Assembly: GCF_026571515.1 (NCBI RefSeq)
Contig: NW_026866323.1
Span: forward strand, 1-64,000
Direction: 5' to 3'
DNA from: Ruditapes philippinarum
Taxonomy: Eukaryota
DNA: 64,000 nt
The notes under the pieces are model-generated. The model did not search any database and had not been told where the DNA came from. It was given only the letters and a program-made list of their open reading frames with translations. The position numbers and the translations under genes were made by a program. Below, one piece after another: positions 26,301 to 37,100 of the stretch. The stretch's first letter is position 1, and each line of letters opens with the position of its first letter.

Positions 26301-27652
26301 ATAACATGATTAGCCAAAGGTGTCTTTCTGTGAATTTTGTTAATGATATTTAATCAAAGGGCAATTTTATGTCCGTTAAGGTGAATTGGTCCACAATGGA
26401 AGGTCTGTCCTACCAGAAATATTTATGTTGTTAGTATTCAAACTACAAAATAATTATATTTAGATGCTGTGTGTTAGTGTTGGATGTAACATATTTATTT
26501 TTATCCGATTAAAATTGTTGTAGAATAAATTGTTATAGAAGAATATCCAAATGATATTTTCTAATGTTTTTGTCAATATTTGAAAAAAAAACTTATGGAA
26601 ATTGCGCCCATTGTAGATCAGTTCAGTTTAATATCTGCTAGCAACTTTATTTTCTTGTTTTGAATAATACTTTACTGGATCTCCTTTAAAAATTTGGACT
26701 CAAATGTTTGGAAAAGATACCCACAACTGTCTTTCAATTTTACGATAAACGCCGGATTCAAGGGGAATCAGTCAGGTTTAAAAATCGATAAACGGTAACA
26801 CGTAAGTTATCCATCTTTCCCTGCAATGACCAGCGAGTCTGTCGAATTACATTGTTTTAGAAAAAAAAACATTTTTTCATTTATCACATATTTAAGGATA
26901 CTGTATTTTTACAGGCAGCTAAAGACTTACAATCTGTAGGCGACAACACGCAGACGAGAACTTCACTGAACGCTGTGATTTTTGTGGCCGCTGTGGCGTG
27001 TTTACTGGTCAGAGCTGCTACTCTTTATTTTGGATTCAAAGCATATTTCAACTTTGGTAAAGGCTTGACACAGAAAGGTTGGGACTGGTTGTTGTTTTAT
27101 TGTTTTTGTTTATTAAATCATATAAAACCATTCTAATAAATTTGCTTCTCCCGATGACATCAGTTTGACATTTTCACAATCTTTTCACAAAATGAATAAA
27201 TACTCCTAGGCTGCCAACCAGAATAACTTTAAACTTGCCAAATGTATATTGGCTCTGTCATGCTTTTTATTTGAACCAATCCATTCAAACGTTTAAGAGA
27301 TATTTATATAAAATCTCAGAAGTTGAGCTACCTACAGTAGAGAGATTAGTCCGACTGTGCAGGCTGGCCTGGCTAGAACTTCCGGTTCAAGCAAGATTAG
27401 ATAAACTTTACATAGTAAAAAACGACTGTCTTGATAAAAATAAAACACAGGCATATATATTCAAGTTGTCCACTTTACTGGGAACGGAATACACTATTAT
27501 ATGCAAAATGTGTTTCAAGTTTTTAAAGAAACTTGTAAAAGTTTAATGTGTAAAGTTATCATGATATTGTCACTGTATTTTCAGTGTATGGAAGATTGAC
27601 AGAGGAAGTGTCGGTTAATTCAACACAACAACCACAACAAGAACAAGCTTGA
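20378..27652 (+). CDS. Uncharacterised multi-pass (about 8 TM) membrane protein, paralog A, 334 aa, 8 exons
   Basis: Exons 20378-20461, 21996-22155, 22730-22869, 23565-23750, 25140-25256, 26095-26181, 26915-27077, 27585-27652. All are GT-AG and in frame (1005 nt). MEESDGPISFADLG...KVFLVVTLLCLVASLGITI...GVFFERPYEIGILV...LIFRTVGA...LLKADLQ...VRIENKPV...AYFNFGKGLTQKVYG...QEQA*. Supported by the colinear paralog downstream. Confidence 0.9.
21172..21226 (-). repeat. tRNA-like B-box fragment
   Basis: The minus strand reads CCCGGGTTCGAATCCCGACCAGGCCAAA; no 5' half of a tRNA is present. Confidence 0.4.
22378..22660. repeat. Imperfect (GAT)n microsatellite region
   Basis: Several ATG/GAT runs in intron 2 of membrane protein A. 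Confidence 0.85.
24025..24380. mobile_element. Fold-back MITE (imperfect long inverted repeat)
   Basis: ACAGGGAT...ATCCCTGT ends. The arms pair inwards to GCAATTTTCATAATAC / GTATTATGAAAAATTGC around a ~23-bp spacer. Confidence 0.75.
26376..26631. mobile_element. TTAA-flanked MITE (Kolobok-like)
   Basis: TTAAGGTGAATTGGTCCACAATGG ... CCATTGTAGATCAGTTCAGTTTAA. A similar right end lies at about 3744-3771. Confidence 0.55.
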
Positions 27653-28051
27653 TTCAAAGGAATTTATTATTTGATCATATGATCCTCGTTCACGAAAACC
27701 TTTTATTTGACTCAAAACGGATTTTGTGTACCAGTTGATCATTGCTAAATGCTCCTCATAATGACACAACTTGGAACTGCGAAATTGTTAATATTCATAT
27801 TTTCATTCAGCTTGTTGTTTATAAACGTTCGGAACACCTCGGGCAACTTGTTACGAACTTGTCGAGAAAGGCGAGTTCGAATTATAGCTGCAGAAATGAA
27901 CGTATGACACTAGTTAGTGTATTTGTCCTAGCTTGAAATACTCTACTCGGCAATCAAACAGAAACCTTTTATATTTGTTAAAAGCCTTATACCTAAGTAA
28001 GATGAAGTAAGATTCTTTATTAGGCATTATTTACATTATGCGATTTGAAAT

Positions 28052-28286
28052 GAGCCGCGTCACGACAAAACCAACATAATGGGTTTGCGACCAGCATGTA
28101 TCTAGACCAGCCTGCGCATCCGGGCAGTCTGATCAGGATCCATGCTGTTCGCTATCAGTTTCTCTACTTGTTATAGGGTTTGTAAGCGAACAGCATGGAT
28201 CCTGATCAGACTGCGCGGATGCGCAGGCTGGTCTGGATCCATGCTGGTCGCAAACCCATTATGTTGGTTTTGTCGTGACGCGGCTC
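28052..28286. mobile_element. 235-bp palindromic MITE, copy 4 (central spacer inverted)
   Basis: Same family, AAAT target duplication. Confidence 0.9.
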
Positions 28287-28719
28287 AAATACTAATCTAC
28301 AAAGATTATCACAGAAATACCCGTCTGTGTAAAGTTATTAAGAGCATTATAGTTTACCGGTATATTAAGTTTATTTTATGTGCATAAAAATAACCTGCCA
28401 TTTATTTGTCTTACACAAAGTTAAGATTGTAGATGTATAATTGAGTATTCCTGCGAAAAATTAGAAAGTTGAACGAGGACACAAGATGAATATTTTCAGC
28501 TACGTCAAATACCCCCTTTAAGCTTGCCCTGCAGTACATTACTTATGCTTTTTATCACATGCTTATTGTGTTGGTGAATTTTTTTATTATGTAGTATAGT
28601 ATGTCATTTCGTAACCTTTTTTTATGTAAATACTTATATGATTTTCTACATCATACTGCTTCAAAATCGTTATGATTACACTAAGCAGGTATGCATTGTA
28701 TACATCGAGTTGAGAAACA

Positions 28720-28945
28720 GCGATGAGATTAAAGGGAATCCGGGAACCAGTCCCTATAGCTCTTATTGAATAAATCCCTTAGTTCTTTTATATGCCCGGT
28801 GTATAGCACTGATACATGCAACGATTACCTGGATTTCTTACCAGGACACCTTTATGTAGGTAGGAAACACTTAAAGTGTCTCTGAAATATTACAAGGGTG
28901 TTGCCCAGGATCGAACCGGGACATCTGGAGTGATAATCAGGGGTA
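28720..28945 (-). mobile_element. tRNA-derived SINE, degenerate
   Basis: The minus strand has B-box CCGGTTCGATCCTGGG (about 28905-28920), followed by a body containing GGGCATATAAAAGAACTAAGGG. Confidence 0.5.
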
Positions 28946-29629
28946 TAATTCTATGTAAGTACATACGTAGATCTACATACATAGCAAACAGAGAATCAAA
29001 CAGTTGAGAACATTTCACATTCATAGTGTTCCCAACATATTTTCATGACCATACATGTACATTTGTATATAATACATTCATATTTTTTACTCAGATGCGT
29101 TTTATTTTTACATAAATGGCAAGATTACGATTAGATATTTCGTTGTGCTTATTCTAAAATGTTTGGACATTTTCTTATCTTATCATATGCTTTGTTAAAT
29201 AATCAAATATCACTTTTTGTATATAACTGATTATGCCATAGTTATGTTGAAAATAAACAATATTACTTATATGAATAAAGTTGGTTTCAGTCTGAATAGT
29301 TATAGTTTGAGGTGACGCTAACCCTACAAGTATTGACATTAAAACAAGAGGTCCGGAATCCCTTCAATGTACAGTCTTAAAACTCGCAAGACTTCTTCAC
29401 AGGTCACGTGGTTTAATATCGAAGTCACTGTGAGCCCCCAAAAAGCGACTGGCCATACATAAAAATAATTCTTCACAATGAAAGAAGTCATGAAAGTGAC
29501 TTGTCTATACAGTAAGACATTTGTTGCATCACGATTATATACAGTGACAGTGATGTTGTTGAATGTTATGTCCTGCAATCGTTGTTTTTAATTTTTACTC
29601 GAATTGTGAATGTGTTCCGAGCTACTCTA

Positions 29630-29769
29630 NNNNNNNNNNNNNNNNNNNNNNNNNNNNNNNNNNNNNNNNNNNNNNNNNNNNNNNNNNNNNNNNNNNNNNN
29701 NNNNNNNNNNNNNNNNNNNNNNNNNNNNNNNNNNNNNNNNNNNNNNNNNNNNNNNNNNNNNNNNNNNNN
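29630..29769. other. Assembly gap (140 N)
   Basis: Run of N. Confidence 1.
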
Positions 29770-30330
29770 GGGCTTAAGTTTATGGGATAACGTTTTCTAT
29801 GTCACAGTGGTGTCACACTAAAAACGCATCGCAGAAACATTTTATGCCGAACTCATAAACACAAAATTCAATATTTAAAATAAAATATCTTCAGCAATAC
29901 CATTTATATAATTTCACACAAACAATCTCATCCCTCATCCCTTCTTTTATGTTGGTGTAGCTTAATCAAAATTTCTATATTTAACAATTATGATAGATTA
30001 TGCTTATCTAATCAGTGTCCTAAATATTTTGAGGACTTTCATAGAAAGATAAACAATTTCGTAAAGACATATTCGTACTATTGTCTTTTGGGTATCATTG
30101 TTAGTGAAAAATTATTTCAGTTTTACAGGTTACATTTTTTTGTTATATAATTTTATGTGGATTTATAGTATACAACGTAGGTAAATAGTTTATTGTTCAT
30201 GTTTGCTACATATGATTTGCCGTGTAATTCATTGTACATCTTCATGATTGAGATTTTAAATTCTCCATTTCTCGTATAACTGTAATTTACTTGTATTCAT
30301 TAAAACAGAGCCTGTTTTCTATGTATCTGA

Positions 30331-30669
30331 CTAAAGCAGCACGCATCCAGATTCATATTAATTTTCATGAAAATTTTGTAAATGTATTTAAAGGTAAAAT
30401 ACTGTGGAATGAATGTAAGAAATGAACTTGTACATTGCAAACAACACTTAAAATCCATGTAAATGACTAAAAGAGGTCAAAATATGCAAAATAGCTCTCT
30501 CTGAGTTAGTCGCGCAATATAAATATGGTGATAATACTACAAAAACAGTGTTTACTCACAAATATCATATAAGTTATAACTTGAATCTTGAATATCTTTT
30601 CTTTTCTTAAAATCATAGGTCATTCTTCTCAAGTTTGATGTTTGCTAATCTGGAGGTATGTAGCTTTAA
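30331..30669. mobile_element. TTAA-flanked MITE, family AGCTGCATGCCTCCAGAT
   Basis: CTAAAGCAGCACGCATCCAGAT ... ATCTGGAGGTATGTAGCTTTAA. Confidence 0.6.
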
Positions 30670-31485
30670 GAAACCGTATTGAATTCAGAATCAGTTTTTT
30701 CCCTTAAGTCCGTTTTTACTGAAACGTTGAAGTAGTTTTGGTAAGCCTGGTTTGGTTTGACTGTACCACATTTTTGACGATTATTTTGGTCGTCCTAGGA
30801 CGGACGAAAGTTTTTGCCAATATCTCTGCATTTGATTGACCACTTATCCCATTTAATTTCTATATCAGCAGTGACATACATATGGTCATTAGATTCGGGA
30901 ACCAGTTTTTCATAGATCACTATAGTGTTTTATTAAAAGTGATTTGACAGAGATGACAAAGCAAAAATATCGATTTGTCATTTTAGACATATTTTGATAG
31001 AAAACCTGTTTATCAAATATTTTGATTGTATGTAATCAGAACATATATTAAACTATTTGTTTATTGTATGATTGTATTTATCGCTTGTTGTTTATTAAAT
31101 AAAATGCGTATCACATGGTTTACTGGAACACCTTGTTGGTTGGCCACAATGTTTGATTAACAATTAATATAGACATGCGAGTTCCTTTTTATGACACTCA
31201 TAATACTCATGCAGTATACATTTAAGCAAGAGTGAACATGAAATTCTTCTCCTAAATCGTTATGGTAGCAAAATGTGCATTTTCTTACTGATCTCACAAA
31301 GATTTTATGTCTCCAAGTTCAAATATTCAGGGTGGAAAGAGGAAAATTATTTTATTTATAAGTACATGTAATATGATGTTTGCTATTAAAGACCTCTAGT
31401 TTGTTAGCATGCAGAATAGCACACCAATCATCCTGTTATTACTGCAGACACCTGTAGCCTCATACGTGATCTTTTCAAACCATTT

Positions 31486-31666
31486 GAGCCGCGTCACGAC
31501 AAAACCCGTAATGCGTTTGCGACCAGCATGGATCCAGACCAGCCTGCGCTTCCGCGAAGTCTGATCAGGATCCATGCTGTTCGCTATCAGTTTCTCTACT
31601 TGTTATAGGGTTTTGTAAGCGAACAGCATGGATCCTGATTAGACTGCGCGGATGCTGGTCGCAAAG
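31486..31666. mobile_element. Truncated palindromic MITE, copy 5
   Basis: Left arm and spacer are present; the right arm is deleted and truncated. Confidence 0.85.
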
Positions 31667-31818
31667 CCTCATACGTGATCTTTTCTGTGATGTGCGGGAA
31701 ACCATTTACTATTTCATATACTTTAGTGTGTGTGTTTTCGTTTTTTGTTTGCAGGACTATGTTTACTTCAGTCATATAATAACTATACAGATGTTTAGAT
31801 TGTGACAATAAGGAAACG

Positions 31819-34117
31819 ATGACACCAGTAAGTATATAATACTTTCATGATGGGGTGATAACCTTGTACGATAATCTGCCTGTCAGTCAAGAGCTTTAAT
31901 TGGTTCGCACCTTTCATTGTTCAGCATAAGGCGCTAGTACTAGTAAGTTCTGGGAAGCGTACTCAAAATATATATTGCAAAGAGTTACTTTTTATGTCAA
32001 AGAAAAAAGGCGCAATATCTAGAATGAGCTAGACGTTGGAATAACCTAAATAAAATTAATATAATTATATAATATAAGTTGCTCTGTTGATGACTGGACA
32101 TTCATGGCGTAAGTAAGAATAAATATAACATTCAAGAAAAAGCTTTCCTTTTTGTTTTTGTTTTTGCGATATTTTGTTTTTTGTTTCTTTCATATGTACA
32201 TGTAGTATTAATCAGTGATAAAGATATATTTAAAGCAATTTTGTAGGAATTTTTAAACAAACATGCATGCAGGATTATGATTCATGGCTTAAAAAAGTTA
32301 CAAAGTTATTATTAGTATCCCCAACAGCTTTATTCACTAGCGATAAAATAGCATATTAATTTCACAAATTTATTAAGAAATGAAAACCGGTAAAGAACAA
32401 ATCGTTTTAAAATGCAGGCAACTAGGTCTTAGTCACATTGATAGTGAAGACTTCATTCTGCATATCTTAAATGACGAAATCTGATGTTTTTATTTTTCAA
32501 ATTCCAAAACACTTGTATGCATTAAATATGCTTAAAATGAATGACGCGTTGGCTAAATGTTTGCTAAATGTTTGCTAAACTACGGTGTTTAAGTTTGGGC
32601 GAGCGCGTGTTCTCTATAGAACTAAAAGCGCGAAGCATGACAGTACGTCGGCGAAGCTGGACAGTACGATGGTGACAATACGATAGTACGATGCCAAAAC
32701 ACGAAAATACGATGATGACAGTCTGTCCATCGTACTGTCGAGTTGTCACTATTGTACTGTCTGTCACCATCATACCGTCATACTGTCTGTCATCATCGTA
32801 CTGTCGTACTGGCATCATCCTACTGTCAAACTGTCATCATCGTACTGTCGTACTGTCACCATCGTACTGCCAAACTGTCATCGTCGTACTGGCATCATCC
32901 TACTGTCAAACTGTCATTATCGTACTGTCGTACTGTCACCATCCTACTGCCAAACTGTCATCGTCTTACTGTCGTACTGTCATTATCGTACTGTCAAACT
33001 GTCATCATCGTTCTGTCGTACTGTCACCATCGTACTGTCAAACTGTCATCATCGTACTGTCACCATCGTACTGTCAAACTGTCATCATATTACTGTCGAG
33101 CTTCACCTTGCTCTATTCTCATCAGTACACAAATTTATGTGTGTAAGGCCATTGTTAAAATGAGACCTTATGACACGGATAACGTTTTCTTCCATGTTTA
33201 TATTCAATTATGCGCATGCCTTACAGGGAGGCGACAGTACGATGGTGACGGTACGACAATACGATGATGACAGTACAAGAGTACGATGGTGACAGTACGG
33301 CAGTATGATGGTGACAGTATCAAAGGTGCTAGTCGCATTGATTTGTCCTAAAATATGTTTAATATTGTAATTCATGTAACATAATAATTATCAATATATG
33401 AAAAAAATAAAAATAGATTTTTTTATATTTGTTATATTTTTTAGACAAGATATGCTACATCTGAGTGCAAAAAGTATGGGTATTTCCGTTCTTGGTGTCA
33501 AAATTTTCCATCCATTGGTAATTATGTCGGATTTTCGCATGGAATCAATGCAATATATATTTTTCTATCAAAACTGACTATAACCAGATCCTTATTTACA
33601 TGCAAACTACCGCAGTAAAGCCCTAAAGTCAGAAATCACCCAGGTCAAAAAGATGAGACCGTCGTGACATGCTCATTGTAATATATTATATTATGATATT
33701 ATGTAACATGAATAACAAGATTAAACATATGTTTGGTCAAATATATGCAACTTGCACCTTTGAACAGTACGACAGGGCGATGGTGACAGTGTGACAGTAC
33801 GATGGTGACAGTACGATGGACTGTAACCATCGTACTGCCGTATTGCCACCAGCGTACTGTGGTCCTTCGCCATCGTATTGTCACCTTCGTAATGTCTCGC
33901 TTTGACATCGTACAGTCGTACTGTCACCAGCGTACTGTCTCGCTTTGCGCTTTTCGTTCTTAGAGAAAACGCACTGTCTCTAACTGGCACCGCACAAAAC
34001 GGTTACAACCACAATCGTTTGTTCCCGTAAATTTTATATACATGTACACTATTCATTCTAATGTTAAAACTGTTTCGACCATAAAATTATGGAAACAACA
34101 AAGTTACTGTTGATATT

Positions 34118-34171
<54 letters not shown>

Positions 34172-37100
34172 TTAATTGTACAATGTAATAATTAAAAAAA
34201 ATATTCTTTCATGCTTTTAATAAATAAACTGTGTGTATTTTTTCAGGGTCGCAATTGTTCACAATGTTCGAGAAAGGAGATATTATATCTCGTCGGTTCA
34301 ATATCCGGGCTTCTGACTGGGCTCGGATTTGCTGTGTATGGTATTATAACAGATCGTTTCCGGTCCGAGGACTCAAGTTTCCTTTTTGTTTTTGCTGTCA
34401 ACTGCTGTACGTTATTTTTCTTTGTTTGATTATTTTATCTCAATTATTTGATTGAGAGTGTGGGCTAGTGATAAGTGGTTTTTATTGCAAAAATGTGTAT
34501 ATTTTTAAGATGTGAGATTTTTTCAATTCTTCATTATTGTCTTTCATGTGTACATGAAGTTTAACAAGTTTATTTATCTTTTCCCAGAAGGTCATAGACC
34601 CATGTGGTACAATATGCAATATATATATAATATGGCAAACAAGCATCAATATTGAATTGACATGATCTCATGCATTATAGTTGCACATTTTACATAAGAA
34701 ATGGAAACAGATATTTTTCACCTATTACATGACGTACATGTTTATAATTATTCACATTTTCGTCGTATGTGTAAATAGTCTATATACAACATAAGATTTA
34801 AAAAATAATAAAGTGTGATAAAAATCCAATTGTAATGATTTAACATTTTAGACTTGATCCATCACTAGTGAAGAGATTAAAAATCTCTCTCAATTGAATA
34901 TTGAATTTAAATCTTGTTGATAACGAAAATGTGAATTTTACATACATTTTTACATGCTGTAACAATAGTAATATTTATTTGATTTTGCACGGGAGATAAT
35001 TGCTACGGTCTTATTGCCCGACCTGTAGTATATCGAGTTATGTAACATCCGCCGCATGTTAAACTTAATGTTGAAACTGTGAATTCGTGAATTTCTGAAA
35101 TTGAAATCGTGAATTCATGAAACGTAAATTAATGAATTCAAAAATGTGAATTCACGAAGATAATATCGGGAACTCGTGAAGTTGAAATGTCTATTCGTAA
35201 ATATATACACAGTAGATGCTTATTCGCGGAAGCTTTGCAAATTATTTGTTACTTTTAATACGAAAAAAAACAGTATTCTATGTAGGACCGCTTTGATATA
35301 TTTTAGGCTTTGCACTGATTTACACGGTGAAAGGTGTCAAGCACGAGGACCCGTATGACCTCATGATTCTCGTGCTCTCTGTGGCGCCGATTGTTTTATA
35401 TGTCACCATCGACTACTCCTCGAACAGACAAACTGAATATAAAGAGGTATCAAAATTTAATTACTCTTGTAATCTAAATGTACGCTTATCTACTTTTTTT
35501 AAAGTTAAAGTTACTCATGAGTGAGTGAATTACGCCAGAAACTGAGTGAGCGAGCGAGTGTGTCTTTGGAGGTGCGAGTGAGTAAATGAATGATTGATTT
35601 TTTGTGTGAGTGAGTGAGTGAGTGAGTCTCGGTCGGTCGGGTTCAATACTTGATTTTATTATACACGGGACACCAGCTTTGATATTACACATTCTGACTC
35701 AAATTCTATGGAAGCACAGAGGGAACATTATTTATCTCATAGCCACGAGATAAGTTATTATCGCACATGTACTTTTCACGCAATTTTAAGCAATAAAAAG
35801 ATTTTTGTTTCAGGTACGGCTGATTCTGTGTCTAATGTTTTCGCTATTCATTGGGAGTTTTGGTATATACTTTTTGGTTCAGTATTTGAAATCCAAGAAT
35901 TTCATAACAAACTATGGTACAAGTTTTGTGCCACCTTCGAGAAGTGATGCTCTTGGACATTCGAACTTTAATGCAGCCCAGAAAAACTATGATAATCTCA
36001 AAGGTTATCTAAGGACGATGCTTCTGTTTTATTTCCTTCTGAGTGTGAACTTGCAATGTGACGTGAGTATATTTAAGAAATAATATTTCCCAAACAGTGA
36101 TTTTATCGCTCAATAACATCACTGTTTGGAGTTCGGATGCGAGGAATTATATCACGAGGGCGTAGCCCGAGTGATATAATGATGCGCATCCGAACGACAA
36201 ACAGTAATGTTATTGATCAAGCGATAAAATCACTGATTTGGATATATTATTTCGATTCTAACACGACATTAACAAATAAATGTTGCGGTCCTTGATAGTT
36301 AAGTAAAATTGCGCCTGCATGATTTGTTTCCGAACTTATTTTCAGCGCGTCGGATTTTTAGTGGTTGCGTCACGTGTATAATGATTACGTCACATGTCTA
36401 AATATAGAACGTCAAACTGTGCATCTGTTGCATAATAACACACACTTTCTGTTCTTCTATGTTCAATAGGGAAAAATGCGGGTCGTGTTAGAATTTAGTA
36501 TTAATTTGACCGAGGTGGTCCCTTTTGACAGTTGCCTTTTATCATTATTTATGAACAAGTCAACCATTACCCCCGGTAATCTAATCAGACCATTTTCCAA
36601 TGGGACAGGGGCTTTACCTTAGCGTTTCAATTGTTATTTTTTATAATCATCTCTACTACGGATTACCAGTCAAAATAAAGCACATTGGTGTTCACAAGTT
36701 GTATGTCGTTTTGTATGGTGGCGGATTTGGAACGCTTTTGTGCGTCGTGTTGGTGCTAGCGACAAAACGCCAAACGGCGTGTTGTCGCACTTTCGTCTTA
36801 TCGGCCTGTCGCTAACGATGCACGCCAAATGGCTCGTTGCCGTGCAGCCTGTTGTCGCGATGTCACATTGTCGCTCGGTTCAAATCGGAAAATTGGCCTA
36901 TAAGCCAAGCGACAGGGCGACATCGCGACAAGGCGCCGCACGACAACGCGCCGTTTGGCGTGCTTCGCTAGAGACAGGACGACAGTGCGACAACGCGCCG
37001 TTTGGCGCTTTGTCGTGTTGTCGCTAGCGACAAGACGAAAAGGCAATAACGATATAGGTTGTGTTGTCGCTATCGACGACGCACCGCGCAGTGTACCAAA

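Noticed and set aside
32090-32116. Alternative first exon for membrane paralog B (ATGACTGGACATTCATGGC|GTAAGT)
   Set aside because: Its donor phases do not fit the phase-0 acceptor at 34247.
32564-33990. Long ORFs (151 aa, 174 aa and others) rich in SYC/HHRTV
   Set aside because: They are translations of a minisatellite that is open in several frames on both strands.
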